A stretch of DNA of 64,000 nucleotides from Raillietiella orientalis (GCA_036172245.1 JAYWIR010000005.1:3100001-3164000); one strand, 5' to 3'. Counted from the stretch's first letter, positions 24,126 to 39,084 are shown. Notes: generated by a model from the letters alone, not told the origin. Program-made: numbers and translations.

Positions 24126-27100
24126 TAAGCCCGAAGAGGTGATCCTCCCTCGGAGTAGATTCTGGAGGCATCATTGAAACACTCCACCGTGCCTATTGCA
24201 GCATTACCCGCAGCACATTTTAACAGCACGTGGGGAAGGATTTCCACTGAAGACACATTCCATCAGGATCCGTTTCGAGGGAACCTACGGCTGCACCATC
24301 CAGATGGCAGTGTGCCGATAGCGAAGGACGGCAAGGAGACCTCTGAATCCTAAGACCTTGGAATTTCCTCGAAGCACCCAAGAAACTCGAGCCACCTTCG
24401 CGGATTCCGAAGAAATGCTTTCGGCGTTACCCTGAGCCAGCAGCGTCGTTTACCATCTAACAAAGGGCTAATCGCTGCCCGATCCGGAAGGTCATTTCCC
24501 ATCCTGCGGGGAAATTCTGCGTGATGTGCTCAAGAATGATGCATCGACACTGCAATCAAATGAAGCACATGAATATGAGGATCAGAGTAGCAACGGTTGG
24601 ATGAAGATCGTTCAGGCAAGAATGGAAGCCTTCGATCGAGTTTCGCATCCACGAGAAGCAATGGAGATGATGGCGATAAGATGGTAGTCGTAAAGAACGG
24701 CAGACTGCAGCCTGTTGTCGCAGGAAGAAAATGGATGGGTTGACGTTTCCTAAAACAATGGAACATTCCAGATAATAAAGACTTTGATCTGGGCGTGACT
24801 CAAACCTGAGCTTCTTGAATATCGTTTCACTCTTAGCTGGAAAGCGAAACGAAACTCTTGCAGAACGAGAAATGCATTGGGATCAGGGAAGAGTCTACCA
24901 CTGATGAGATCTGTTGAAGACCACTCAAGGAATGAGCAGAGTTGACAGGTACAATCTGAAGCACAGAGCCACCAGCAAAGTAATAAAGCACAGGACTGGA
25001 AAATGATAAAAATCCATGCATAAGGATAAGAAATGGGATAAACACACATCAGAGATACCTTTCGATTCTCGCATTCAAATTCTTCTCAGAGTTACAAGGC
25101 ATCGACTACTAGAGTTTGAGGGCAGCATCTTTTACGGATTCAGGACGTGAGCTTGCTAGCGAGAGAAAAAACGCATTTCCCCTCAGTACAAGAAGCTGGA
25201 AGTAACGTGCAAAAAGTCGTAATGAGCCATTTCTTGATGTACCACTGAGGGCGATTGAACAAGACTCTGCTAAAAAGGGAAGCTTCACAGTGTGAAATTG
25301 AGCATCCCAAAAGATCACAAAACAACAGTAAGGTAAGGTTCAGAATGCTGAGAAAACTGTACTGCTCGATCTCTGGAACCCACTCACACTTTGGTATTGC
25401 CACATGAAACAGGCTACCACTTTGTCGCATACTCGGCAAACCAAGTGATTACCCAAGAAAAGTAGGCAGATAATAGAGGGTTAAAATATGATACGTCAAA
25501 TAGCTCAAGATATCCATAGGAATATGGTTTCCAGTCCCTATTGAACAAAAGGAAATGAAACGTTCTAGAACCGGAAGCAAAAAGACACTGTCTTTCATGA
25601 GTTCTCCAGTTTAGACTTCAAAAGGGAAAATGATAAAGTTCATCAGAGATAGAGATGAGAATTCGACATGATGATTAATGAGAGTAAAAAGAGTGGATAT
25701 GATTGGAGGAGAGAAATGAGAGAGCTGTGCTGAAAGATATTTTTCTTAGGGCTCTACACTTCCACATTCGAGAAGAAAAATGTCTCCATGAGTTCAACTT
25801 CTCTGGAACAGCATTAGACGATGAAAAATGTAATGAAAGGACAGCATCTCCTAGCAATGCTCGAGCTAAAAGCACAAAGCTCGTTAAAGATTCGGTAGAA
25901 AAGGTCGAACCACGTTTTCTATTATGTAATTGAAACTTCTTTGGTCGCATGTGCACATAGGTCAGATAAGAAACAAAGGTGAGGGCGTATGAAGGTTGAC
26001 AAGAAATAGGCTTGAGGTCGCTGGATGACAGAGGTTGTAATGATCCTAGGAGCATAGTCGATCTTGGAAAACAGGGATACAATCCAATCCATTCCAGGAA
26101 ATGAATCCTTTGGAAGACTTCCGAATTCGCTTAGTTTGGGCCTCACTTTACTGCTGTTTGATTCTCTATAGATCAACTCTTGGAAGAGTGGAAGAACGAG
26201 CCGATTCGGGTGCCTACGAGTGTGTGGAATTGGTGGCGCAGTTTCCCGTTTCTTCATGAAAGGGATGCTATCTCAGCTGGAGTCATTTTGATTTCAGGAG
26301 TCAGGTATATCATCTAACCCATAGCTGTTCCAGTGCAAGGTGCTATCGCCTTTCTTCCACTAGTCTCTTCAAAGCTTGACTTTTTTGGTTGCATAGCTGG
26401 AATTCCCTCGAGGTCCCATCAGTTCTGCATCAGTTTGCTAGCAAACGACCCCGCTGTAAGAGACTTTCGAGAAGGTGCTGTTGCTCATTTCTTCCGGAAC
26501 AGCGATACGATTGTGTTTATGCTCCCTTTTCACTTAGCTTCCTGGATCTGTTTTCCGTCTTTCAGAATTTTCAAGGCGTTATTATGAGCAAGTCACAGGT
26601 CTGTCACTTTAGATGCACGGCTGTTGTCTCGTCTGCATTGCACTTTCTCCTCCACCTAGCAAGCTCAAGGGTTATGGAAAGAAAATATCTACATGCTCAA
26701 ACTTTGTGGAGAAACAGTAGAAAACTGTGATGCAGTCTTACTGTTATTAGTGGCTATATCCTCTGAGCTTGTTCGTCTCTAACTGCTGGAAGATTGGTTT
26801 AGCTGTTTATATGGAATGTTCATATGGAAAGTTCCAGGAAATGTATTTATGAACAATATGTGGAATTTCCTCCACTCATTGCTTTCTCCTTGCTCCCAAA
26901 AGCTCACTTAGTCGAAGTAGACTCGTTCATTGCAGGATGGGACCACCATGACCAGATGGGATGCTTGGGAAGCAACAGCAAGCGTCGGCGAAAACGATCT
27001 TCACCTGGTCCTCACTTCTGAATTAGAATAAATCTTATCTTTGAAATAGTCAAAGAGGAATAATCCCTAGCACGTCATCTCTTTGCTTCTGATTCACGTT

Positions 27101-30100
27101 CCCATCTAAAGACAATAATAGATCTTCTCTCCTCACTCTTTGGAGCACTGAGATTGCTCCATCTTTTTTCCCTGCTAGCCAGTTTGCACGCATCTCTGAG
27201 AATGAGCTAGTGTTCAAGCCTTCTCTTTGCCTGAAAGTATCTGATTGACCTTGCTTAGAACCTGTGACATTCTGAGAACTGATCGTCTTCCAGTGGGGTC
27301 GTACATTTTTTCACATGCCTTTGAGAACAGGAGAGAATGTGAATGAGAGCGAACGGGAGTCTGAGTTCATGACAGAGGAAGTGGTCTGTGCTGATGACCA
27401 TAACGATAATTTTTTTTTCATCTCTGCCTCCAGCTCTTCCATCCTAGCTTTTCTAGGCAGGATTGCCTCAAATCAGGCTCAATGTTTGAGGAAGATTTCG
27501 ATCAGAAGGGTCATTTGTAGTTATTTTCTACTGAATTCCTCCTTCATCGATAAATTCTTAGTCGAAAAACTCAGCAATCATAATTTATCAGAGACTTTTC
27601 AGCTTCTGCATTAACGTTGATATGAATTTCACGCATCCTTGGTCTTCGTTGCATCCTGAAATTCTAAAAAGGGGAAAATCTAAGAGATATTAGAGAAAAT
27701 GATGAAATCAGTTTTTTGTTCTCCTGGATTTGGAGCTCCAGGATTTGGAGTTCTAGCCCTCTGAAAGCCGCTGTAGAAACAAATCCTTCTAGTGGTGGCA
27801 AATGCCCCGCAACAAGATCCTCTAGGCCTGATGTGGAGGAGGACAGACCTCAGACATGGGTCGGTCGATCCCAAGTTCCCGGATAGTGTACACTTGAACC
27901 CTTTTTTTTCGCTCATGACTTCAGATTTTTCGAGTAACTTCAGTTTTGGCCTTTTCTGCTTGCTTCCTTGCTCGGCCTCTGCGTTTCTGAGCCAAGTTAG
28001 CATGCCTGACTGCGACAGACTTTGTGCATCGTCGATGCTCATCGGGTCCTCGCTTTTCCCTTTGCGGCTTTCCGCTGCCAGGTTGCGGCTAAGCTCTTGC
28101 ATGCCTTTGCTCGTTTTGCTTGCGTTTTCGTTTGGCTGTGAATTTATCGATGCAGTGACCACCGTGCTTTATATGATCGAGCTGCACGGAAGCGGCATGC
28201 ACGGGTGGTGACCTTGGACATTGAAGCTCCGTCGGGGCAAGCAAGGGGACGAGAGAAAACCCTTCTATGTAGGGCTGCAAAGGCGAAGTCTAGCACATCA
28301 AGATGCCAATCGCGCCCCTCAATTCCGCTTCTCGTTCCGATTCCAAGAAGTTCGACGAAGTCTGATTATGGATTCCTTGTACAAACTAAGAGGTGCACCA
28401 TCTGACCTTTGAAACTCGTAAGCATCATCGGGCTCGAAGCTCACATGATTGGCCCAAGATGCAAGACCAGAACTCACGAAGAGCGACGCTTTTCCGAACG
28501 GTCGAAGACTCAGGGCTGCATAATGCCGCACACATGCTGCGGACCACTGGTCAGCACAGGGAGATTTCTCTGTTCCTCTCTGTGGTCACCCTTTTAGTCA
28601 GGCAGCGTTTTCCATTCGCATAATCAGATGCCAAGCCTTGAGAGATTTGGTGCGGGGGCAAACGGTTGCTTAGTGGCAGATGGGAAACGAAAAGTGAGCA
28701 CATGCGGAAGTGATCTCCTGATGGTCAAAGAATCGCAACACCGAGAACCGAGCTCTCCCCCGATTCAGGGTCCAGGAGGCTTTCCTTCCTCCCACATGCT
28801 CCATTCTCCCTTAACATCCACTTTTCTGACAAGCTGTAGAGATAACGACTGTGGTCCAAAGATGCAAACTGCGCTTATTAAATATTCAAGTTTTCTTATG
28901 GGAATTGTAGAGTGATTATGCAGCGCTTATTAAATTATCCATCAAACAAAGAATAAGTATTTACCGTTAGATGAGTTCATTCTGGGATCCGGTTCATGAA
29001 GCTCAAAGCTCTTAAGCACGTGAGAAAGGCATTTGTTTTATTATTCATCGCGGAGCTCCCTTGCCAAACTGCACCGAGGATGTCTTGGTGGTGAAAAACG
29101 GTTTGTAGAAAATGAGATGTGAAGCTAGAAATGCAGTCATTTGATGTTTCTTGCAGGCTATTTGATCTGAATTTTTCAACGCACACACCTTGAAAACAAG
29201 TAAGAGGGGAAGGGGGGAAGGAGTTGCCACCCCATTCAAGCGATAAGCAGGCAGGAAGACTTCCGTGTGTGCTGCACACGCATAGCCGCAATCTTCCTCC
29301 GAAGAAGCCTTCCGTGCTCCCAGTGTGAAACGCATTTCGAAGCAATGCAAAAAAAAAAAAAAAAAAACGGATGCCCAGGACGCACCGGAAGTGTTCGAGC
29401 TGCAGAGCCGAACATTTCCATGGACACAGCATTCGACGTTGCATATCATGATCACGGTCCGGTTCCAAAGACCGGAGGAAGAATGCCGTGGCGGGTGAAT
29501 GGCATTTGATCTGCAAATGAAAAAAGGAAAAAATAAGCACCTCTTGCAAATGCGGACTCTTATTAAAGCCCGGCTTTCACTGGGAAATCACCATTTCAGG
29601 AGAAAAAAAAAGCTCCTGTTTCACAACGGGATGCTAGGATTCCCAATTTCACGCTGCTGAGACATCGGATTTGCTTTCAGCTATTCCAGCAAATTCTTTT
29701 TCGCTGACTCAACTAATAGGGCGAGCCGGCTTTGCACTCGTCGAACCTGCCATTTTGTTGGAATTCAACGAAAAACTTTCTTGAACAGAGAAATTTCTTA
29801 AACGAGAGTCCAAGAGAGCCTTCCCGTTGGGCGCGATGTCCCTCGTGTTGAAAAAAAAGCTTTGCTTCCTCTCGCCCAGCTGCAATTGGTTTTGAGAACC
29901 AAAAGAAAGACTTCTTTGCAGCCACACAACTTGTGTTGAGGTCATGCGGCTCATGATCATGGATGAAGCCAGAAAGATTTGGAAGATTGAGAAGACCCCT
30001 TTCCTCCTGATAATATAATTGCATCCCTTTTAATTTTCAAATGAAATCTGTTCTCTTCAGCTTACTATCTGATACGCCACTTGTCCAGTGGTCAATATGT

Positions 30101-32167
30101 TAAACTAGTTTTTGAAAGTGGAAGGGATACTTGGAGCTTGCTCTCTAAGCCTCCTTCTCCTGTTGAGGGTTGACCCGGTGCTGCAGTGCCTCCGGGATCG
30201 ACCTACTGCTCCCCTTCCCGGGAGGACCAACACGCAGTTGCAAACTAAGGTTGACATCCCGTTCTCCTTCAATTAATATACTCTCCGCCAGGTAGGTGGG
30301 GTATCAGATAGTAAGCTGATAAGCGCAGATTTTATTTGACAGAAAATGTTACAAACACATAATTTAAGAAGACTCTGCATCATCTTCCCGTTCTTGCAGT
30401 CATAGGATACTTGACAGGAGAGGAGCAAGCCTCGCTTCTCAGTCGCCATGGGGATGCACTCAGATGAAGCCAGGTATGAACACCCCCGGGCCAAAAGACA
30501 GTGTCATTTCCCGCTTTGACAATTAAGCAAATTAAATCAATTTAATTATGCAAATTCGCTTTCAATAAGGAGCTTGTTGGGCTGCTAAAGGGAGGAACCC
30601 CCATGATGCTGCAGTGATTTGCAAGGCGCTTTCAAGGTCACTACCATGCTTTTTTCTCGCCCGCAATCGGAAGGGAGGCAGTGACTACAGATCTGGGGAC
30701 GGACCGCAAAGTGATGAAAGCGTTAGATGTCAACCTACTGTGACCAGAATTGGTGTTTATCTTTAGAGCAGATAGGATCGATGTGATTTTTTGAAGTCAG
30801 AACCATCACTTACGATGAAAGAGGAGCTCACCTGTAAAAATGGAGAAGGAATGCAGTTGTGTTTTGGTTGAAGGATTGCTCCGGAACCTTGGCCTCAAAT
30901 TGTTTTTTTCTCTCAGTGCAAAATTTTGGAAACACAAGCACATAATCTCGCTTCATGAAGTCCATCTTCCTCATGTTCCTTTGGCTCGGCGAAGACCAAA
31001 ACACCTTGTTGTACTAAAACCAAGGTGTGTTGACCTTAGGGAACCAGAAATTATGCTGTCTCTAGCTTTACTTTCGCCCTTGCTAAGGTTCACAAAGCTT
31101 CACGGTGGCAGAAAGAGTACTTTTCTTCCGTTTCCTCCTTTCTTGCTTCCTGTAGGTTCATGGAAAAGCACAGCAGAAGCAGGAAGCTGCTGAGACCGAG
31201 TTTCGTCTTACAGGCTTTTCATGTTTGATTTCGAGTTTCAGAAACAGCTAGATTTCTCACTGCTCCCCCTTCTCCCTCTCGCCATGTTCTATGTCTATAG
31301 AATTAAAACCTAATTGCATCGGAAGTGGAGTCAAATAAGGTAGCGGTTAGGTCTTGGATTCAACTCCAAACCATCAACTTTCCAGAGAAAACGGAACACC
31401 ACAGTGGTTTCACTAATGACCAGGGCACTCGTGAAGAAGTCATCTTCAGCTTTCAGGTAATGCTGTATTTTAGATCTTTCTCTTCTTTTTTTTTTTTTTT
31501 TGAACTAGTGTTGTTGTTAGTAGTTGTGTTGGTAATGATGATAGTGTTTAAAAAAAAAAAACATTTTTGGTGTTCAATGCGAGTTGCAGCATTCTGGACA
31601 GAAAAGACCGAGCAACTCCCTACAAGGAATGCCTTCTATTTTTAGAGCATTTTTCTGCTGCCCACTTCGAATCTCTCTCTTTTCAAAGAATGCACATTGT
31701 CTGGTCCGCTTGATCTACATCTGTCTTGCACTTGCTCGCTGCTATCAAAGCCACGAGGTTGTAGGTAGTTCGCAACTGTGGATACTTTCATCTTCTCTTA
31801 TACAGGTAAAGGGAAGTCAGGTGCATCCAATCCTACTGGTGTTTCCACTCTTTTGCATGCTTCCGTGTAGAACTATGACTCGACAGCTTGATCTGCTAAG
31901 ATGCCTCGACTGTTCTTCCTTCGTGGATGTAGAAAAAATGGAGATAACATCACTGACAAGTGAACCCACTCCTGGATGGCTCAATTGTGTCCGGCTTTCT
32001 GTCAATGCAGAAGACAGCAAGGGTGGTCCTCCTTGCCTGTCTGAGTTCTTTTCAGCAGTGACAAGTGGTCGTTTGTCTTCCTCTTGGTTCAGCCTCTCAG
32101 CTCATCCGTGACCGTGCTGGCTGGTGTAAGCTTGTCCGAGTGTTCCTCGGATGGTTCGCCTCCCAAA

Positions 32168-32207
32168 CTTCTTGTAGGTGAGTGCAATTACACTCACCTA
32201 CAAGAAG
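32168..32207. repeat. Near-perfect 40-bp palindrome (17-bp exact arms)
   Basis: CTTCTTGTAGGTGAGTG CAATTA CACTCACCTACAAGAAG. Both strands translate to LLVGECN(Y/C)THLQE in the ORF track. Confidence 0.97.
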
Positions 32208-34454
32208 GCTGCTTGTGGAGATGTGGGTCCCATGGTGACCTGAATTACTTCGAAACGAGGAGCGGACTCCTAAGCTCGTGCCAAGTCCTTTCCTCTTCAC
32301 AGAAAAAAGTGCTGCGTCTTTTCTCCTGAAACATCTTCAAATTCTATCTGCCTCTTTTCCGCTTCCGTGAAATATCTGATCTGGTTCATAAAAATCCTTG
32401 CAGGTTAGCGTCGAGAACTCAGGAAAGCGATTTCGAGTCAGCGGAGCCTGCCGTAGGGCTTTTTCGAACGAGACTCCCAGCAATACACCGGGAACCGAAA
32501 CAACTTGCAGCCTCCGCTTCACTGAATTTCCACTGTGCTCTCCGATGCAGTCGACCTTTTCCCCCGCCATTTTCTCCGGAAAACTCAGTTGCTTTCGTGG
32601 AACCGACCAGGGCGGTGGTTTCTACGGGAACGCGAACCGCCGCCGAATCCGAGGATGCTAGGATGGTGGATTTCTCGTGCCTGATCGATAGCTCAATCGT
32701 TCGCCAAGGATCTGCCACTGTGATCCTTTTCATTTGTTTCAGATGGAGCAGAGCTGAAATAGGAGAGCAGTGTGAGATTCTTTTCAGAGTGACAGAGAGA
32801 TGACGGATGCTTTCTTGTTTCCTTCTTTCATTGGTCACGTGGTTCATCTGATTTGGCTTCTATGGTTACAGCTTTCATTCCTGAGCTACTTCCTTTGGCT
32901 ACTCCATCCATGGATATCCTCTTCCAATCAGCGAACCAGCTAATACGGGATCCGGATGAAGATAAGTCTCCAGTAAAAATACCCAGATGGCCCATGAGAC
33001 TTTGTTAGCTCGGCACCAACGAATGAGTGCAAATAGGTCAGTTTCGTTGTAGCCATGATACTTCTTCTCCTTCTCTTCCTTCTCCTTCTTCTTGCCGGAA
33101 TTTCATCCAGTAATGTAGTTGATACTCCTTACATGTCTCTGGAAAAGATTCCCATGTAGATGTTTAGTTTTAGAAAGGTCCTTATAGGATACTTTATCGC
33201 ACGTTTTTACGTGGATTGCTCCAATACACGTCTAAGAAAAAAATGAGGAAAATTCATAGCAACAAATTTCCGGGAACTTTAAGACTAGATGAACCTGTTT
33301 CCGTCTTGATAAAAAAGTATTTCGCTCTGCGGCAAGACAAAGGAGGCATCTAAGGAGAGAACAGCTCCTTAACACCTGACGGCTTCCAGCTTCCATGGAA
33401 ACGGACCGTGGAAATTCTTCCCCTATGAACTTGGAGGATTTTTTTTTCTTTTCATAGCAATCGGCACATCTGTCATGCTCCAGCTCTCCTTCAACAACAA
33501 GAAAAGCTGGACAGAAGGAGGAAATGGAAGCTGAGGAAATTCCCTCCTCCGCAATTTTTTGTGTATCGCTGAAGAAAACACATCGCCGCCCCATTAGAAC
33601 TGATTCGGCGTCTCCTTCCAGAGGAGTCCTCATGGAGCCACGGGACACCTTCTCCAACATCTGTTCCACACCAGATTCTTCAACAAGGAAAAAGCTGAAC
33701 ACCTCGTTTCGGAAGTATGGACGCCACAGTCTGAGCTCTCGTGCATGTGGCCCAGCAACATCTTGCCGAGGTGCCTTTCTGAACCCACCGAGTCTCATTT
33801 CTCGAACCTTCACTTGGAGAATAACTGCATCCTCGAAGCCGAGGAAGGACACTGCAGCTTCATGCCGGACACACTGCAGTCAAGCAGTGCGACCCAGAAT
33901 TCAGTTCTCTAGACAGACGTGACTATCTTCAAGAAGAAAATTCCACCGAGCTTAGAGCAATGTGACGAAGCTTTTCTGCAAATCTAGGGTTATTCCTGAA
34001 CGTTCCACCCAAAGATAAATGGAATAGCTAAAGTTGATAGATAACCCAGGAAGGGAAAGAGCATTGGTAGGAGGAATGATGAAATATTGGACATCATGCG
34101 TTAAGAACACATGGAAAGAGTATTGAATTATTGCAAACTTGAGAGAATGGCAGCTGTTCATCTTTTCCAATTCGCTGATGTCGGACAAAATTCACAACCA
34201 GTTGCCAGAAAAGGGATGCTCTTCGGAAAGATACCGGCTACTAGAAGGCGCTGGTTCCCAAATGAACTGAAGGAAAAGAAGACCCCTTTTTTCCCGGCAA
34301 AGTAGAGGGGAACCGAAAAAGCAACTTCTCAGTTCTTTCTGAACGAAGATGATTCCACAGTTGCATTACTCTCTTCTTGAGGAAACTCTTTTCGGATCGA
34401 AGTCACATTTAGGGAGATGGATGGAAGCTGTCTGAAGTTGGAATTAACTCAATA

Positions 34455-34499
34455 AACTCCGTAATTAACTGATTTAATAGGTCAGTTAACTTCGGAGTT
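34455..34499. repeat. Imperfect inverted repeat (16/18-bp arms, 9-nt loop)
   Basis: AACTCCGTAATTAACTGA ... TCAGTTAACTTCGGAGTT. Confidence 0.8.
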
Positions 34500-35149
34500 C
34501 CCTATGGAAACTTCCTATGGTGCTTCTTTCAAGGAAGATGGAGCCTGGAATGAACCAGCATGGCTATGGCCTTGGGATGAAAACTGCGCTTGAACGAGAA
34601 CCATACCAATGGAAGCAATTCAACTGAGAGATTGTGGAACTGAGAAAGGAGGAGCTCTTAATATGAGATCAGTTTGATCTCACGCGAATAATTCCAAAGA
34701 CTAAAGAGAATCTCCCGAGAGAGTGGACACTGGAAAACACTGAAACGACTCGTAATTTGGTGGTCGGCATCAAACTAATCATTTACTTTTTTTTTTTTTA
34801 AGAGAGGAAGAAGGGAAAACAAGAATGCAAACTTGGAAGTCAATCGCGAGAACTCGAAAAACTTTGGACTATTAGAATTGGACGACGACAAGGATCGGAA
34901 ACTTAAGATACGCGAAATTCTTTTTACAGGATCGATTGGTGGAAGAGACGGTCGTGGCTTCGTCCCCAGAAAATTGTCTCTGATATGTGCAGATGTGTAA
35001 TTCCTTCTTTCCTACTGCAGCGATCGCATCGAGAGTACGATGAGTTCCGGACAAAGCCTGACTCATCTCGAAGAGGTGCAGAGAGGATTACAGGCGGCGC
35101 AGCCAAATGCTCACATCCATTCGTGGGCTGTAGAAAAAGGGGATTGAAA

Positions 35150-37845
35150 TTTCCGAACTGATGGGATTCACTTTCCTCCCAGATAAAGTTCGATAAGTGT
35201 AGTCTATTTTTAGTTTCGGAATTTGGCTTTTGGAAATCATCTCAAACGCACACATACATGGCTGTTTCCGTTGCCCTTGCATGCAAATGGATACATCCGA
35301 AGGCATGCATCTGCCAGCCCCTGGTTCGAACTGAGCGTGAAGCTTCTAGCATTGTCGTTTCCTTTGAGCCCCAGATTTCAGGAACATTAGCATGAGAAAA
35401 TGCGATCTTCAAGGCATAGCACACGAAGACCATTAGCACAAATATAATGCAAGAATCGATCCTACAGGAATGCGAAGAAAGAAAAATGAACTTGATACCT
35501 TAATGAGAGTTGCTATTCCCTCTAATGGATTGTTCGCTTGCTTCTTGAAATGCCTGAAGATGTGGGGACAGAAGATCTGATGAATTAACATCTCGCGCTT
35601 TTGTTCACAACAAGCCAGGATCGCACATGTGAACGATCCCATTTCCCGAAAAAGAAGTCGTTTGAGGAAGTGCCATTTCTTCGTTATGGTGCAAGCACCA
35701 AGTTCTTTTTTTGCTCTTTGCATACAGTCGTCTGAAATTGAATTGGCGCATCTGTTTGCTGCCGTCGGTGCCATGGTCAATGCTTCATGTTGCGCGTCGC
35801 ATCCTTACAGCCGCATCGCGTCTCGTGTAGAACAACTGAAGAGTTTAAAAACATCTGGATTATCCACAACGAGACCCTTTCAATCGGTGGCACACGTTCT
35901 TTTCGTGGATGGCATGGCATAGCAGGTCTGATGAAGGGTTGTTTGCTTTGTAATCCGGGCTGCAGAAAGGGGAAATGGATTTGGATTCCTTCAAAGAACT
36001 GTCAGTAACACTCCGATCTCGTTACAAGGCTTAAGAAATGCATTCGATGTTCTTCGTCGTGGAAATATTTTGCGGAAGACAAGGTCGAAGATTTAAAAAA
36101 AAAAATAAAAATCATGGCTCTCAAGTTTCCATGAAAATACGTTCGAAAACGTAAAAGCAAAAGCGAAATGGGAGCCATGGGAAGCTTTTGGAATCTCGTA
36201 CGGTCGCATCGAGCTGCAGGAGCCCCACTACAACCCCTACTTCATCAGGCCAGGGTCATTTGGGTACTGACCATCAGACTTACTGTATTTGTTTGTCATG
36301 ATGGTAGTGTCTTCAACCAAAATCGCTACAGCCATCTCTCCGTACTCACGCTCCCGCTTCACACCTGCACTATGGTTCCTACAGAACACCTGTACGGTAC
36401 TCGAGCAATCTTCAGAAGATAGCCGTAGGTGTGCACGAAGCTGAAGGGTATGCCAGGGGACGATTTCCAGTTCCGTTCACTGTTACTTTCGCTGGGTACG
36501 TGAAGGTTCCTAAACATCCAGTCTGGCTCTTGGAGAAGTGCCAGACAGCAGACTGCTGAAATCGAATCGTTGGTGAATTGAAGAAAATCATTAACTGCTT
36601 CACAATAAAATATGGCTTCGCCGACAGGGAAGCAGTCATAAATAACGGCATGAGGCTAAGGAACAAATGCCGGATGATTGAAGCAAGCGGGCTGTTTGCA
36701 AGAAATCATGATGTGCCGTGAGGTATCAAAAAAAGGAGGACGGATGAGAAGGGTGAAACACCAACAAGTATGGGCAATGCTTGCGTCTTTACTTCGCATG
36801 CTTCGCTTGCTCTCAGGAGCAGAGATGGGTGCTCTACGGAGCCTCTGTTCAGAGAGCAGATTCAAAAAAGGAGAGCTTTAAACTGATTGCAGTTCCCGAA
36901 AAGATGCAAAGCAGTCTTCTTCCTGAGTAACCAAGAGCTTCTACCTCCATCGCAAGTTTCGAAAACCAGCCAAGTTCAGAAAGTGTTCCTGAGACCGCTG
37001 AATAGGAATCCGCAGTGCTGTCTGCCCTAAGGGCAAGCGGCGACAGTTGCCAATCGGCGGAGTGAAGGTTGTGCTCCACTGCAAGAGCGACAAAACTCCT
37101 AGGTGCCAGGAAGGCGAGCGAACTGATGGACGCCGTTACCCCGCGTTGTTGTCCCAACGGACTCCTTCGATGGAGGAACATTTAAGTGTAATCCCCGAAA
37201 AACTAGTGGTCCCTCCTTTGTGTTGGAACACTTCGGTGTTCCCTTTGAAGCGGAAGCACGAGGTAACGCTATTTTTGCATTGGGGTCTCCAGTGTAACCA
37301 GCGCCGACACCTCGTCTCCGAGAGAGTTGCATCCCGGACTGTTTAAGATGCCGGACGATCGAACCGTTCCCATACCTTTCCTTGGACTGCGGTGCCCTCC
37401 ATTGGCGGAGGCTGGCATCAACACTCCTGCATGCGGAGGACACCGCCAGGAACTTGCTGAGGCGATTCTTCACGCGTGGAGGACAGGTGCCGTGAGACTG
37501 CATCCACGCCATCGTCACAGCCCACCATAAGCTGGAGCCTTGGGCTCACATGAAGGGTGATCACATGCATGACAGCCACCCACATGAGGACGGCTGCGAG
37601 GTGAACCTCGCCTGAAAGAAAAGTCGATACTGAGCAAAAAGGAGTAGCTACAGTCAAAGACTTCGCCTCTTATCTATTTATTGTTCCCGTCCCTCCCGCT
37701 TTTTACTTCTTCAGTAACTGATCTGTGTATCAGTGTAACTTCCCCCCGAACTTCTCTTTGTTGCTTTTGGGAACTACACTTCCAATTTGTTTGCTTATTT
37801 TCCATTTTAAGTAAACGCCCCGGCGTGACCAGGAGAAAAACTGAA
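35150..37845 (+). mobile_element. Decayed L1/Tx1-type LINE: ORF2 RT, C-terminal CCHC (zf-RVT) and 3' UTR
   Basis: Ordered relic motifs: TRPFQS (YRPISL, ~35870); GCRKGKWI (GFxxGRxI); LRNAFDVL (EKAFDxV, ~36030); GAPLQPLL (QGxPLSPLL, ~36220); CHDG (YADD); LHWGLQCNQRRH; PDCLRCRTIEPFPYLSLDC (CxxC...E..HL.LDC, ~37335-37390). A T-rich 3' UTR follows and ends in an A-rich stub. The 5' boundary is uncertain. Confidence 0.65.
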
Positions 37846-38589
37846 AGCTGAAAGTCCCTCCTTCCGTGTTTTCTTCCCTCACGGCGGAGAAACGGGAACG
37901 TGAGGCAGCAAGCGACGTCCAGTTGGGAGGTGGCCTTAGCTTCCGAATCTCTGTCCGATCACGAGGCTCCACCCGCACAATTCTCCTCCGTCATGGAATA
38001 AATCGGAGCTCTGATAACGGGAGGCGATAAGCGCACCCATGCTCTCAGAGCTTTAGCGAGCGCATCTCAGCTGGATCGATCATTCAGGAGAGATGTTGGA
38101 TGGGAAGGCCTTCCTGTCAGTGGGGAAGAATTAAAGCTGAGATGAAACCGATTACACAGAGCACGGTGTTTGCTTACTCCTGTAAGGAGAGAGACGGTGC
38201 ATCCATTTTAGATAAGGCAATGAAGATCATGATGCGAATTCGTTTCTCAGATGTTATCTTCCCACTACGGTGATAAATTCCCTTGTTTGAATGATGATGA
38301 TGTCATTTCACGCCGAATTAAACGTCGAGGAACCAAAGATCTGAGATGGAGAATCGCATGGATGCTTGTACGGTACAAATAATGACCATCATTTGTACAA
38401 ATAATAACCGGTCACTTTGAACGATCCTTGCAGTTCCGTAGGGACACTCAGATGCTGATGGCCTCCATGGAGAGCCAGCTGCTTCTCTTCACTGCTGATC
38501 ACGAGAGTGCGTTCAGCGCAGGAAAAAGGGCTAACGGATTTGCTTTTGTTCGGACTCAGACTTCCAGCTCCTATCTCCATCCTCTTGCA

Positions 38590-38700
38590 TATTTTTTTAT
38601 TTATTATTCTCTTCCCTTCCGTTCCCGACTGCCTCAGTAACTGAACTGAGTGTAGGTAAGCCCTTCCTCTGAATCTCTTTTTCTTTGTTTTTGTTTTTTT
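38590..38700 (+). repeat. Third, short copy of the LINE 3' UTR
   Basis: TTTATTTATT...CAGTAACTGA...GTGTAGGT...CTTCCTCTGAA aligns by eye with ~37675-37760 and ~39565-39650. Confidence 0.6.
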
Positions 38701-39084
38701 TCCTGATCCATCGAGCATTCTTCCAGTGGTAGAGTGCGGGAGTCTCCCGGATCTTTGGACATCGACAGCAAGCCTTGTCCTTCTTGGCGTTTACTGCTGC
38801 GAGCGGTGGGAGAGGGGCTGGAGAATGGGGAGGAAAAACTGACTTTTAGGTCAGACGAGCGGGGGATGCTTTCCAGGGAATGAGATGCCTCTGTGCCACC
38901 AAGAGTGACTCGGCGGCTGCTGTCTTGGACACCACTAGCCACAGCTCGAGACAAGCTCTTGCTTAGAGGGATCTCGACAACTCCAGCTCAAGTGCACCTC
39001 ACTCATCCGACTGCCTCCTCATCGGCAGCAAGCTGTAGCTTCAGGCATCAGACACGCTTTCTTTTCGACCGCCTTGTAAGAGGT

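Noticed and set aside
28225..28620. H2A-like relic (RGKQG, AKAKSSTSR, GAPSDL)
   Set aside because: The motifs lie in different frames with wrong spacing and no convincing histone-fold core. Not supportable without a search.
480..33900. Numerous weak histone-fold look-alikes (e.g. H2B-like ORF 32419..32847, H4-like ~30670-30740, H2A-like ~13780-13890, H3-like ORF 12642..13331)
   Set aside because: Similarity is low (roughly a quarter of residues, with gaps). Comparable matches appeared on both strands of the same DNA and inside the LINE copy, which shows a high by-eye false-positive rate. An HMM search against a shuffled control is needed. ORF 32419..32847 is the one most worth testing.
36412..36666. 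H3-like IRFQQSAV on the minus strand
   Set aside because: It lies antisense within the LINE RT region, so it is probably coincidental.
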